Under the pieces are notes generated by a model. The model did no database searches. It worked only from the letters and a program-made list of their open reading frames with translations, and had not been told where the DNA came from. Both the position numbers and the translations under genes were made by a program. DNA of 55,250 nt from an uncultured bacterium (GTDB lineage Bacteria; JADJOY01): assembly GCA_964447125.1 (NCBI GenBank), contig CAYUSL010000001.1, forward strand, positions 1 through 55,250, in the 5' to 3' direction. Positions 24,419 through 35,270 of the stretch are shown here, piece after piece (within the stretch, counting starts at the first letter, position 1; every line of letters begins with the position of its first letter).

Positions 24419-24576
24419 CAACGACGAATGGGCCGCGAGTGTAGAGCCGCTCGGGAGCGCAGGTCAACTCTGAGTTCACCATCTCGTAACGTTCACCTGT
24501 CGACGAGCAGGCACCGAACCGTAACTGACGACAAAACGAGCGCGCACTCACGCTGCGCGCAGATGGCGAGCGTTGG

Positions 24577-24888
24577 ATGACATCTGCGTCCGTGCGCACG
24601 GGGGAAGAGGCGACGCTCGCTGCGGCGCAGGTTCGCTTCGTGCAGCGTGCATTGCGTCGAAAACAGCTCTTCTTGGCGCTGAGCGTGATCGGCGTCGTCG
24701 TCGGCGTGGGGCTCACGGTGCTCTACACGGTGCTGCGCGTGCGCAACCCGCACTTCGAGATCGGCGCCCGCGCCGTGATCGTCGTTTTGGTGTTGCTCAA
24801 CGCTCGCCAGAATCTGCGTCAGTACCGCTACGCCGAGGTCCTCGAAAAGGCGTTCGGGACGCGCCCGGACGATCTGCGCGCGGCATGA
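24577..24888 (+). CDS. Small two-helix membrane protein, function unknown
   Basis: 103 aa with hydrophobic spans LFLALSVIGVVVGVGLTVLYTVL and ARAVIVVLVLL. Its stop overlaps the SCO1 start as ATGA. Confidence 0.45.
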   Translation: MTSASVRTGEEATLAAAQVRFVQRALRRKQLFLALSVIGVVVGVGLTVLYTVLRVRNPHFEIGARAVIVVLVLLNARQNLRQYRYAEVLEKAFGTRPDDLRAA

Positions 24889-25532
24889 CGGATCCGACTC
24901 CGCGCTCGGGGGCTTTTCTCGATCGCAGGTTTTTCGTCGCGGCGTTCATCATCGGTGCCGTCTCGTTGACGGCAATTCGGCCGTTGTTGAGGCGTGCTCC
25001 CGAGCCACTGCCGGTTCTCGGCGAGGTTCCGGCGTTTCGCTTCCTCGACTCGGATGGCCAGCCCTTTGGATCTGCTGATCTCGCGGCGCAGGTCTACGTG
25101 GTCAACTTCTTCTTCACCACGTGCCCGTCGATCTGCCCCGCGCTGATGCAATCGATGGCGGAGCTCGATCGGCGTTACCAGCGCAACCACGTCGAGGGGG
25201 TCCGCCTGGTGAGCATCTCGGTGGATCCCGAACGGGACACCCCCGAAGCGCTGCGCGAGTATGCGAAGAAGATCGGTGCAGCGACGCCGCGGTGGCGGCT
25301 GCTCACCGGCGAACGGCACGCGATCGTCGATTTCGCCGAACATGGGTTGCGCGTGCCCGTGGGTGAGACACCCGTGGGAGCCAGTGAGCCGTTCGAGATT
25401 GCGCATACGGGTCGCTTCGTGCTGGTTGATTCGCGCGGCCGAGTTCGCGGCTATTACGAGCGTTCGGACGAATGGGGAATGGACGAGATTTTCGAGCGAT
25501 CTCGGCAACTTCTCGACGAACGAACGCGCTGA
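24885..25532 (+). CDS. SCO1/SenC-family copper chaperone / thiol-disulfide protein
   Basis: The start is trimmed to the ATG at 24885 (MTDPTPRS...). It has an N-terminal helix, NFFFTTCPSICP (the CxxxC of SCO proteins), ISVDPERDTP and a conserved His in IAHTGRFVLVD. Confidence 0.8.
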   Translation: MTDPTPRSGAFLDRRFFVAAFIIGAVSLTAIRPLLRRAPEPLPVLGEVPAFRFLDSDGQPFGSADLAAQVYVVNFFFTTCPSICPALMQSMAELDRRYQRNHVEGVRLVSISVDPERDTPEALREYAKKIGAATPRWRLLTGERHAIVDFAEHGLRVPVGETPVGASEPFEIAHTGRFVLVDSRGRVRGYYERSDEWGMDEIFERSRQLLDERTR

Positions 25533-25556
25533 CTCGAGGGCCGGATCCAAGCCGAG

Positions 25557-26990
25557 GTGGCCAGCGTGGGAGAAGCGCGGAGCGCGCGCCCCGCCAGCGA
25601 GGGAGGCTGTGCCGTGGACGTCGACGTCCTCATCGTCGGCGGTGGCATCAGTGGGCTCGCCGCGGCATTCGAGCTGGCTGAGGCGGAGCCCGCTCCCGAC
25701 TTCCTGGTGCTCGAAGCCGCGGATCGCATCGGCGGCCAGATCCAGTCGAAGTTGGTCGATGGATGCTTGCTCGAAGCTGGGCCCGACACGCTTCTCGCAG
25801 CGAAGCCGCACGGGGTACGGCTTTGCGAGCGCCTCGGCCTGACGGAGGAGCTTCGCTTCTTCTCACCGCCCCGCGTTCCGATCGAGATCCAGCACCGGGG
25901 GAAGCTCACGCCACTGCCGGCCGGCTTCGCGCTGTTTGCGCCCACGCGATGGGCACCGGTGATCCGCTCGCCACTTTTCTCCGTACCCGGAATCATACGG
26001 ATGGCCGTCGAGCGTTTCGTTCCACCGCGTCGAGTCGATCACGGGGACGAGAGTCTCACCTCGTTCGTCACGCGTCGCTTCGGGCGGGAGATGCACGAGC
26101 GCATCGTCGAGCCGATCGTCGCCGGGCTGCTGCTGGCGGACGCCGACCGCCTGAGCGTGAGGGCGGCATTACCTCGGTTTCTGGAGCTCGAGCGGGTGCA
26201 CGGAAGCGTCTCCCGCGGCGTGTCGCGCAACGTCGCCCCACTGGGGCGGGGCGCGTACCTGCAGGGCGGCATGAGCCGACTCGTGGAGGCGCTGGTTGAA
26301 CGGCTCGGCACCGGCCGTCTTCGGACGTCGGCCAGCGTTCAGTCCCTGGCACGCCACTCGCTCGGCGCCTACGAGGTTCGCCTGCGCGATGATTCGAGAA
26401 TTCGCGCAAGATCCATCATTCTCGCGTGCCCCGCGTACGCTGCTGCGCCGCTGGTCGCTCCGCTCGCAGGCGGTTTGCGTGACGAGCTGCAATCGCTCCG
26501 CTACGCGGCGTGTGCGACGGTGAATCTGATCTACGCAGCGGGCGTCGTTCGCAGCGTTCCACTGAGCTCGGGCTTCTTCGTCCCGCGTGCCGAACGCAGC
26601 GCGCTGCTCGGGGGTACGTTCGTCAGCACGAAGTTCGAGGGGCGTGCACCGAGTGACCGCGTGCTCGTACGTGCATTCCTCGGCGGCGCGGGGCGTCGGA
26701 GCGACGTGCTCGATGGCAACGATGCCGTGCTCGCGGGCCGCGCACACGCAGCGCTCGCCTCGTTGATCGACATCGAGGCCAACCCGTTGGCGCAGTACGT
26801 CCACCGATACCCGCATGCAATGCCTCAATTCGATGTCGGACATCTCGACTGGATCGAGCGGACGCTTCGCGCTGCGGCAGCGCTCGAGGGCGTGCATCTG
26901 GCAGGCGGCTGCGTCGGTGCAGTGGGCATTCCGGACTGCATCGCAGCTGGTGCGGCTGCTGCCCGGGGCGTCCTCGCTGCAGCAACCTGA
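25557..26990 (+). CDS. hemY: Protoporphyrinogen/coproporphyrinogen oxidase (HemY-type FAD enzyme)
   Basis: It has the dinucleotide-binding VLIVGGGISGLAAAFEL, LEA.DRIGG and GP.T motifs, and a C-terminal LAG....GVGIPDCI. A more likely start is the GTG at 25614, which has GGGAGG 7 nt upstream. Confidence 0.8.
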   Translation: MASVGEARSARPASEGGCAVDVDVLIVGGGISGLAAAFELAEAEPAPDFLVLEAADRIGGQIQSKLVDGCLLEAGPDTLLAAKPHGVRLCERLGLTEELRFFSPPRVPIEIQHRGKLTPLPAGFALFAPTRWAPVIRSPLFSVPGIIRMAVERFVPPRRVDHGDESLTSFVTRRFGREMHERIVEPIVAGLLLADADRLSVRAALPRFLELERVHGSVSRGVSRNVAPLGRGAYLQGGMSRLVEALVERLGTGRLRTSASVQSLARHSLGAYEVRLRDDSRIRARSIILACPAYAAAPLVAPLAGGLRDELQSLRYAACATVNLIYAAGVVRSVPLSSGFFVPRAERSALLGGTFVSTKFEGRAPSDRVLVRAFLGGAGRRSDVLDGNDAVLAGRAHAALASLIDIEANPLAQYVHRYPHAMPQFDVGHLDWIERTLRAAAALEGVHLAGGCVGAVGIPDCIAAGAAAARGVLAAAT

Positions 26991-27204
26991 ATCCGCGCGT
27001 GTCGTCCTCGCTGGACGGGGCGCGGAGGGGTCGATGAGGATGGGGTGGGGCGAGGCGCTCTTCACGTCCCTCGGTGGTTCCACGTGCGGCGATCGTGGCT
27101 GAGTTGACACAGCGCGTTGTTTGGCGATACACGCCTCGAAGTCAGCGACACAAGTGTGACCCACGTTACGGATTTGCCGCTGCGGCTGGGAGAAACTCAC
27201 ACAG

Positions 27205-27233
27205 TTGATTTCATCATGTGCACGATGTATACT
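27205..27233 (+). promoter_or_regulatory. Candidate sigma70-type promoter of the complete act-caa3 operon
   Basis: TTGATT (27205-27210), a 17-nt spacer, then TATACT (27228-27233). It lies in a conspicuously AT-rich patch about 90 nt upstream of actA2. Confidence 0.4.
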
Positions 27234-27248
27234 GTATACATTCGTGCA
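27219..27248. promoter_or_regulatory. Candidate operator: a 17-bp perfect palindrome with extended arms, overlapping the -10 element
   Basis: ATGTATAC-T-GTATACAT (27225-27241) is a perfect 8-1-8 palindrome. The flanking TGCACG (27219-27224) and CGTGCA (27243-27248) extend it to 30 bp with one bulged T. Confidence 0.45.
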
Positions 27249-27307
27249 TTGTGTTGGTGATTCCTTTGTAAATTCAAGTGGTTGTCGACGCTTGAAGCGT
27301 TCGACGA

Positions 27308-27973
27308 GTGTCCAAGGGACCGATGGCCCAGATTTTTCACCGGAGCACCAACACTCTCGCCCGCGCGTCGATTTTCGGCGCCGGGCTGGTCGTGGCGGGC
27401 ATCTTTGCGCTCGGTTACGCGTTTCAGCGTTCGTCCTACGTCACCGGCGTGAACATCCCGCGTCATCAGCCCGTACCGTTCAGTCACCAACACCACGTTC
27501 AAGGTGTGGGGTTGGATTGCCGGTACTGTCACACCTCGGTTGAGGAGTCCTCCTTTGCCGGGATTCCGCCAACCCAGACTTGCATGAACTGTCACTCGCA
27601 GATCTGGACCGAAGCTCCGATTCTCGAGCCCGTGCGGCAGAGTTGGAGGTCGGGGCAGCCGCTCGAGTGGGTGCGTGTCAACGACCTGGCTGATTTCGTC
27701 TACTTTCCGCACAGCGTTCACGTCGCCAAGGGTGTGGCCTGTGTGACGTGCCACGGTCGCGTCGACAAGATGGCGCTCACCTGGAAAGCCAACTCGCTCT
27801 ATATGGAGTGGTGTCTCGGCTGCCACCGGGACCCGGCGAAGTATCTGAGTCCGGCGGACGCGGTGTTCCGCATGGACGCCGAGCCGCCCGACGATCAGGA
27901 AGCGCTCGGACGCGAACTGATGAAGCGCAACCAAGTTCACACCCGAACCGACTGCTCGACGTGTCACCGATGA
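27308..27973 (+). CDS. actA: ACIII subunit ActA (pentaheme cytochrome c), copy 2
   Basis: Motifs CRYCH, CMNCH, CVTCH, CLGCH and CSTCH, plus one N-terminal helix. The GTG at 27308 is the ORF-track start. The ATG at 27323, with AAGGGA upstream, is probably the real start. Confidence 0.9.
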   Translation: MSKGPMAQIFHRSTNTLARASIFGAGLVVAGIFALGYAFQRSSYVTGVNIPRHQPVPFSHQHHVQGVGLDCRYCHTSVEESSFAGIPPTQTCMNCHSQIWTEAPILEPVRQSWRSGQPLEWVRVNDLADFVYFPHSVHVAKGVACVTCHGRVDKMALTWKANSLYMEWCLGCHRDPAKYLSPADAVFRMDAEPPDDQEALGRELMKRNQVHTRTDCSTCHR

Positions 27974-30900
27974 ACGAGATCACGGCAAGCGATCGCGCTA
28001 CGCGCTGGGAAATCGCGACGCTCCGCGAGCGTCTGCGTGGGCTCGAAGGCCGTCGCTTCTGGCGCGGGTTGGATGAGCTCGCCGAGGCGCCTGAGTTCAC
28101 CGAGATGCTCACGCGTGAGTTCCCGGATCGCGCAGACGAGTGGCTGGACCCGGTGAGTCGACGCCGATTCGTCCACATCATGGGCGCGTCTTTCGCCTTC
28201 GCCGGGCTCACGGCCTGCTCGGGTCCCAAGACCGGCAAGATTCTGCCGTACGTCAAGCAGCCCGAGCAGCTCGTCCTGGGCAAGCCTCTGTACTATGCGA
28301 CTGCGCTCACTCTCGGCGGTGTCGCCACGGGCGTGCTCGTCGAGAGCCACGAGGGGCGGCCGACCAAGGTCGAGGGCAACCCGGACCACCCGGCGAATCT
28401 CGGCTCGAGTGACGTCTTCATGCAGGCGTCGGTCCTCGAGTTGTTCGATCCGGACCGCTCGAAGACGGTCACGTTCCGCGGCGAGATCCATGGCTATTCG
28501 GATTTCGTCACCGCGATGCGCGACATGTTTGCGGTGCAGAAGGTCAAGGCTGGCGCCGGTCTGCGGATTCTCACGGGGAACGTCAGCTCGCCCACGCTCG
28601 GTGCTCAGCTCGAGGCTGTGCTCGCGGAGTTGCCGCTCGCGCGCTGGCATCAGTGGGAGGCCGTCGCGAACCGCGACGCAGCGCGCGCGGCCTCGCTCGC
28701 GGTGTTTGGTCGCGACGTTGCGCCGCTCTTCCGATTCGAGAAGGCGGATGTGGTGGTGTCGCTGGATGCCGACTTCCTCGGATCGGGCGCGAATCACATC
28801 CGTCATGCGCGGGACTTCGGCGCACGCCGCACGCCTGCCATCGGTGAAGGGCACGGACACGAGACAGCTGGCGCCCACGCGCTCAATCGGCTCTACGTGT
28901 TCGAGAGCATGCCGAGCTCGACCGGCTCGGTTGCCGATCACCGCTGGCGAGTGCGGTCTTCGGATGTCGCCGCCGTCGGGCAGGCGTTGGCCGGGGCGCT
29001 CGGTGTCGCCGGCGTGACGAGCGTCGGGCTGCCGGAGGGCGTCGCGCCTGCGCAGATCGCGGCGCTCGCTGCCGATCTTCGCAGCCACAAGGGGCGCGCG
29101 GTGGTCGTGGCGGGCGAGGCTCAGCCAGCGTACGTTCATGCGCTCGCGCACCTCATCAACGACGCCCTCGGCGCGGCGGGCAACGTCGTCGACTACATCG
29201 ACCCGCCCTCGGTGCGCTCCGAGGACCACGGTCAGTCGATCTCCGAGCTGGTGGCCGACATGCGTGCCGGCAAGGTCGACGTCGTGCTGCTTCTCGGCGG
29301 CAACCCGGTGGTCGATGCCCCGAGTGACTTGGCGTTCAAGGAAGCGCTCGACAAGGTCGCTCTTCGCGTTCATGCGGGTCTCTATCAGGACGAGACTGCG
29401 CAGCGTTGCCACTGGCACGTGCCGGCCACGCACGATCTCGAGGCGTGGAGCGATGCGCGCGCTTGGGACGGGACGATCTCGATCGTGCAGCCGCTGATCG
29501 AGCCGATCTACGGCGGCAAGAGTCTGCACGAGGTGCTGGGTGTGTTGAGCGCCAAGCCGACGCGACCGGGGCTGGAGACCGTGAAGGAGCATTGGGCCGC
29601 GCAGTTCGGCGTCGAGGTCGACTCTGCGTGGCGGCGCGCCCTTCACGACGGCTTCGTCGCGGGCTCGGCTCGCACGCCGGTCGCGGTTGCGGTTCAGGGC
29701 GGGTGGGCGGCCTCGCTTCGTGTCCCCGCGAAATCCGACGGCGTCGAGGTGGTGCTGCGGCCCGATCCGTCCGTTTTCGACGGTCGATTCGCGAACAACG
29801 GCTGGCTCCAGGAGCTGCCGCGTCCCATGACCAAGCTTGTTTGGGACAACGCCGTGCTCGTGAGCCCTGCCACCGCAGAGAAGCTCGGTGTCGAGAACGA
29901 GGTCGTCGTCGAGATCCGGGTTGCTGAGCGGTCGGTGCGCGGTCCGGTCTGGATCGTGCCGGGTCACGCGGACGGGTCGGCCACGGTTCATCTCGGCTAC
30001 GGCCGCGTGCGCGCTGGGCGCGTGGGTAGCGACGTCGGCTTCGATGCGTATCCGATCCGCACCGTTGCGGCTCCGTGGGTCGTGACCAACGCGAGCATCA
30101 GCAAGACCGGCGGGCATTACCAACTGGTGAAAACCCATGGGCATCACCAGATGGAGGGCCGCGCGCTGGTTCGCTTCGCGTCCGCCGAGGAATACGCGAA
30201 GAACCCGCACTTCGCGCACGAGGGCCACGAGGAAGAAGCGATCAGCATGTACCCGGAGCATCCCTACGACCGCTATTCGTGGGGGCTTGCGATCAACCTC
30301 TCTTCGTGCATCGGCTGCAACGCTTGCACGATCGCATGTGTTGCCGAGAACAACATCCCGGTCGTCGGTAAGGAGCAGGTCCGCCGCGGTCGCGAGATGC
30401 ACTGGATCCGCGTCGATCGCTACTTCGAGGGCGATCTCGACGATCCCGTCGTGTGGCACCAACCCGTGCCTTGCATGCAGTGCGAGAACGCACCATGCGA
30501 GCAGGTCTGCCCGGTGGCCGCGACCGCACACTCCAGCGAAGGCCTGAACGACATGGCGTACAACCGCTGCGTCGGCACTCGTTACTGCTCGAACAACTGC
30601 CCCTACAAGGTTCGTCGCTTCAACTTTCTCGCATACTCGGACTTCGCCACGGAGAGTCTCAAGCTCGCGCGCAATCCGGACGTCACCGTCCGTAGCCGTG
30701 GCGTGATGGAGAAGTGCACGTATTGCGTGCAGCGCATCAACACGGCGCGAAACGAGGCCGAACGCCAGGGACGCGCGATCCGCGATGGCGAGATCGTGAC
30801 CGCGTGCCAGCAAGCTTGCCCCACACAGGCGATCGCCTTCGGAAATCTCAACGACCGCGCGTCGCGCATCGTCCAGGCGAAAGCGGATCCACGCAACTAC

Positions 30901-30993
30901 GGCATCCTCGCCGAGCTGAACACGCGGCCGCGGACCACGTACTTGGCCGCCGTGCGCAACCCCAACCCCGCTCTCGGAAGCGAGCACGGCTGA
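27970..30993 (+). CDS. actB: ACIII subunit ActB, copy 2
   Basis: The ATG at 27970 overlaps the actA2 stop as ATGA. The longer 1081-aa ORF extension lies inside actA2 and was discarded. It has the Tat-like SRRRFVHIMGASFAFAGLTAC and the Fe-S motifs CIGCNACTIACVAEN, CMQCENAPCEQVCP, CVGTRYCSNNCPYKVRRFN, CTYCVQRI and ACQQACP. Confidence 0.9.
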   Translation: MNEITASDRATRWEIATLRERLRGLEGRRFWRGLDELAEAPEFTEMLTREFPDRADEWLDPVSRRRFVHIMGASFAFAGLTACSGPKTGKILPYVKQPEQLVLGKPLYYATALTLGGVATGVLVESHEGRPTKVEGNPDHPANLGSSDVFMQASVLELFDPDRSKTVTFRGEIHGYSDFVTAMRDMFAVQKVKAGAGLRILTGNVSSPTLGAQLEAVLAELPLARWHQWEAVANRDAARAASLAVFGRDVAPLFRFEKADVVVSLDADFLGSGANHIRHARDFGARRTPAIGEGHGHETAGAHALNRLYVFESMPSSTGSVADHRWRVRSSDVAAVGQALAGALGVAGVTSVGLPEGVAPAQIAALAADLRSHKGRAVVVAGEAQPAYVHALAHLINDALGAAGNVVDYIDPPSVRSEDHGQSISELVADMRAGKVDVVLLLGGNPVVDAPSDLAFKEALDKVALRVHAGLYQDETAQRCHWHVPATHDLEAWSDARAWDGTISIVQPLIEPIYGGKSLHEVLGVLSAKPTRPGLETVKEHWAAQFGVEVDSAWRRALHDGFVAGSARTPVAVAVQGGWAASLRVPAKSDGVEVVLRPDPSVFDGRFANNGWLQELPRPMTKLVWDNAVLVSPATAEKLGVENEVVVEIRVAERSVRGPVWIVPGHADGSATVHLGYGRVRAGRVGSDVGFDAYPIRTVAAPWVVTNASISKTGGHYQLVKTHGHHQMEGRALVRFASAEEYAKNPHFAHEGHEEEAISMYPEHPYDRYSWGLAINLSSCIGCNACTIACVAENNIPVVGKEQVRRGREMHWIRVDRYFEGDLDDPVVWHQPVPCMQCENAPCEQVCPVAATAHSSEGLNDMAYNRCVGTRYCSNNCPYKVRRFNFLAYSDFATESLKLARNPDVTVRSRGVMEKCTYCVQRINTARNEAERQGRAIRDGEIVTACQQACPTQAIAFGNLNDRASRIVQAKADPRNYGILAELNTRPRTTYLAAVRNPNPALGSEHG

Positions 30994-31023
30994 CGGGCGC
31001 ACGCCGCCGAGTGAGCACGCGAG

Positions 31024-32434
<1,411 letters not shown>

Positions 32435-32445
<11 letters not shown>

Positions 32446-32977
32446 GCAGCCGCTTCACGGGCTGATGGTGGAGTTCGCGGACCCGGCGGACGTGGTGCGC
32501 GCGGCGCACGCAGCCTACGAGGCCGGCTACCGCAAGATGGACGCGTATTCGCCGTATCCGATCGAGGAGCTGGCGGAGGCGCTGGGTCGCCACAAGCGTG
32601 GCCGCCTCCCCATTCTCGTCCTTCTCGGTGGCATCACGGGGCTCGTCGGTGGACTCGCGCTCGAGTATTACGCCTCGGTCATCTCCTACCCACTCAACAT
32701 CGGCGGTCGTCCGTTCGCGAGCTGGCCGGCGTTCATCCCGCCGGCATTCGAAACCACGGTGCTGTTCGCGGCATTCGCAGCAGTCTTCGGGATGATCGCG
32801 CTCAACGGCCTGCCCATGCCTTACCACCCGGTCTTCAACGTTCCCGAGTTCGCGCTGGCGAGTCGCGACCGCTTTTTCCTCTGCATCGAGGCTGCTGATC
32901 CGAGGTTCGAGCGTGGCTCCACTCGGCAATTCCTCGAGACTCTCGATCCCAAGGCTATCTATGAAGTCGACCAGTGA
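32435..32977 (+). CDS. actD: ACIII subunit ActD, copy 2
   Basis: 180 aa. It overlaps the actC2 end by 11 nt and is homologous to the ORF at 2670. Confidence 0.85.
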
Positions 32978-33593
32978 CCCCCGAGCGCGCGTCGCGTTGC
33001 TGGTGACGCTGGCTCTCGTCGTCGGCTGCCGTCAGCGGATGGCGGATCAACCCGCGCCGCGGCCGCTCACGCCGAGCGATTTCTTCGCCGACGGCCAAGC
33101 CAGTCGCCCCCTGGTGGAGGGGGCCGTAGCGCGCGGTGACCTCAACGAGGACGAAGCCCTCTACACGGGCAAGAGCGGCGGCCAGCTCGTGGAAGCGTTT
33201 CCCATGGTCGTCACCCGCGAGATGCTGGAGCGGGGACACGAGCGTTTCGACATCTACTGTTCGCCGTGCCACGACCGCGTAGGCGAAGGCAAAGGCGTAG
33301 TCGTCCAGCGTGGATATGCCCAGCCGCCGTCGTTCCATTCGTCTCGGCTGCGAGAGGCGCGGCCGGGCTACGTGTTCGACGTGATCAGCCACGGCTTCGG
33401 TCGAATGCCCGCGTACGGTCCACAGATTCCGGTGCACGATCGCTGGGCGATCGCTGCCTACCTCAAGGCATTGCAGCGCAGCCAGAACGCCAAGGTCGAG
33501 GACGTCCCCGCGAGTGAGCGCACCGCGCTACTCGATGCGCCCAAGGCTGCGGACACCGCGGCGGGGGCCTCCGCACACGGGGAACATCGATGA
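32961..33593 (+). CDS. actE: ACIII subunit ActE (lipoprotein monoheme cytochrome c), copy 2
   Basis: The start is trimmed to the ATG at 32961 (MKSTSDPRARVALLVTLALVVGC, with a lipobox). It has CSPCH and MPAY, and lies between actD2 and actF2 as in described act operons. Confidence 0.85.
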   Translation: MKSTSDPRARVALLVTLALVVGCRQRMADQPAPRPLTPSDFFADGQASRPLVEGAVARGDLNEDEALYTGKSGGQLVEAFPMVVTREMLERGHERFDIYCSPCHDRVGEGKGVVVQRGYAQPPSFHSSRLREARPGYVFDVISHGFGRMPAYGPQIPVHDRWAIAAYLKALQRSQNAKVEDVPASERTALLDAPKAADTAAGASAHGEHR

Positions 33594-34789
33594 GCCCGGC
33601 CGAACTGGCACGTTTGGGTGAGTTGCGCGCTCCTGCGGCATGGGCAGACAAGCGGCGATTCGCCCTCATCGTCGGCGCCGTCGCAACGGCGCTGATGGCA
33701 GTAGGCTTTTTCTTGAACCCCGAGCAGTTCTTGCGTTCGTGGTTGCTCGGCTGGGTTTTTTGGGTCGGGCTTGGCCTTGGTTGCCTCGGCCTCCTGATGC
33801 TTCAGTACCTGACCGGTGGAGCGTGGGGTGTGATGATTCGTCGGCTCCTCGAGGCCGGCACTCGCACGATCTGGTTGCTCGCAATTTTGGGGCTGCCGGT
33901 GTTCGCGGGCGTGAAGACGTTGTACGTCTGGTCCCATCCGGATCCGAACGATCAGGTGCTGATGGCGAAGGTTGGCTACCTGAACGTGCCGTTTTTCCTG
34001 GCGCGAGTGGTGCTCTATTTTGGTTTCTGGCTCGGGCTCGCCGGGCTGCTGAACAAATGGTCGACAAATCTCGACCACGCCGCTGCGGACTACGCCACCG
34101 AGAAGAAGATCAAGACGCTTTCCGGACCCGGTCTCGCGCTGTTCGTGCTTTCTATTGCATTCGCGGCGGTGGACTGGGTCATGTCGCTCGAACCGCACTG
34201 GTTCTCGACGATCTTCGGGCTGCTGTGGCTCATATGTCTGGTGCTGACGGCGCATTCGTTCACGATCGCCGTTCTCTACTTCCTCACGCAGCACGGCGGG
34301 CCACTGGGCGCGGTCGTGAATCGCCACCATTTCCACGATCTCGCGAAGTTGCTCTTCGCGTTCGTGATGGTCTGGGCTTACTTCGCGTTCTCGCAGTACC
34401 TGATCATCTGGAGCGGGAACCTGCCCGAAGAGATCACTTGGTATGTGACGCGTCTTCACCACGGTTGGCAGTGGTTCGGCCTCAGCCTCGTGGTGTTTCA
34501 GTTCGCGGTTCCGTTTCTACTGCTCATGCCCCGTAGCTTCAACTTCAACGCAGCGCTGGTATTGAAGATCGCCGGGCTGATCTTGTTCATGCGTCTGGTC
34601 GATCTGTTCTGGCTGACTGCACCCGCATTCCATCCCAAGGCGCTCTCGATTCATTGGATGGATCTCGTGGCGCCCGTGGCGGTTGGTGGCTGGTGGGTGT
34701 CGGAGTACCTGCGGCAGCTCGCCATGCGGCCGCTCTTGATGGTCGGGACCTCGGGTCTCGAGGAGGCGCTCCAGCATGGCGGGCACTGA
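33590..34789 (+). CDS. actF: ACIII subunit ActF, copy 2
   Basis: 399 aa, polytopic, with an ATGA overlap with actE2. It is homologous to the ORF at 3277. Confidence 0.85.
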   Translation: MSPAELARLGELRAPAAWADKRRFALIVGAVATALMAVGFFLNPEQFLRSWLLGWVFWVGLGLGCLGLLMLQYLTGGAWGVMIRRLLEAGTRTIWLLAILGLPVFAGVKTLYVWSHPDPNDQVLMAKVGYLNVPFFLARVVLYFGFWLGLAGLLNKWSTNLDHAAADYATEKKIKTLSGPGLALFVLSIAFAAVDWVMSLEPHWFSTIFGLLWLICLVLTAHSFTIAVLYFLTQHGGPLGAVVNRHHFHDLAKLLFAFVMVWAYFAFSQYLIIWSGNLPEEITWYVTRLHHGWQWFGLSLVVFQFAVPFLLLMPRSFNFNAALVLKIAGLILFMRLVDLFWLTAPAFHPKALSIHWMDLVAPVAVGGWWVSEYLRQLAMRPLLMVGTSGLEEALQHGGH

Positions 34790-35270
34790 GCATACGGGCG
34801 CCACTACGACGTACGAAGAGCGCGACGTAGCCGTCCGGCCCGTGGCGATCATCACGGGTGCGATTCTGGTTGCGGGCTTCCTGGTGATGATTCCGGTGAA
34901 GCTTCTGTTCAGCTATTTCCACGACCGCGAGCAGGCGCGCCAGGCGGAGCCGGTGTCGGTGACGCGCGGCGAGGCGCCGGAGGTGGTGCCGGCGCCACGT
35001 CTCGAGCCGAAGATCGGCGAGACACTCGCGGCGCTGCGTGCCCACGAGCGCGAGCAGCTCGGCTCTTACGGCTGGGTGGACAAGTCGGCGGGGGTTGTGC
35101 GCATTCCGATCGGCCGCGCGATCGAGGTCGTCGCAGCGGAAGGGCTTCCGGCGCGCCCGGAGGCGAAACCATACGTTCGTTTCGAGCTCACGAATCGCGG
35201 CTCGGACGGTGCTGGTGGATCGGACTCGCGAGCATCGGTCGCCGCTGAACAGAAGGCGGGCCACGAATGA
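34776..35270 (+). CDS. Single-helix membrane protein in the ActG position (identity uncertain)
   Basis: 164 aa with one helix (VAIITGAILVAGFLVMIPVKLLF) and a conserved-looking GVVRIPIGRAIE segment. It overlaps both neighbours. No copy-1 counterpart was seen. Confidence 0.5.
   Translation: MAGTEHTGATTTYEERDVAVRPVAIITGAILVAGFLVMIPVKLLFSYFHDREQARQAEPVSVTRGEAPEVVPAPRLEPKIGETLAALRAHEREQLGSYGWVDKSAGVVRIPIGRAIEVVAAEGLPARPEAKPYVRFELTNRGSDGAGGSDSRASVAAEQKAGHE

Noticed and set aside
24455-24535. Recurrent GTAAC / AACTC-N-GAGTT words (AACTCtGAGTT, cgTAACGTTcac, ccGTAACtg) that echo the CGTAACTC arms at 1012-1043.
   Set aside because: The matches are short (5-6 nt) and imperfect, and could easily arise by chance. 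They are mentioned only as something a genome-wide motif search might revisit.
27205-27217. A possible FNR half-site, TTGAT-ttca-TCATg, upstream of actA2.
   Set aside because: Only the left half matches TTGAT-N4-ATCAA; the right half is poor. The same bases are better explained as a -35 element (TTGATT).
27225-27241. Resemblance of the TACTGTATACAT palindrome to an E. coli-type LexA SOS box (CTGT-N8-ACAG).
   Set aside because: The CTGT...ACAG spacing is not met. An SOS box upstream of a respiratory operon also has no obvious rationale. I kept it as an unassigned operator candidate instead.
27748-27969. The N-terminal 74-aa extension of the 1081-aa ActB2 ORF.
   Set aside because: It lies entirely inside actA2 in another frame. 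The ATG at 27970 overlaps the actA2 stop as ATGA, exactly as in the actA1/actB1 pair, and it gives a Tat-like N-terminus at the normal distance.
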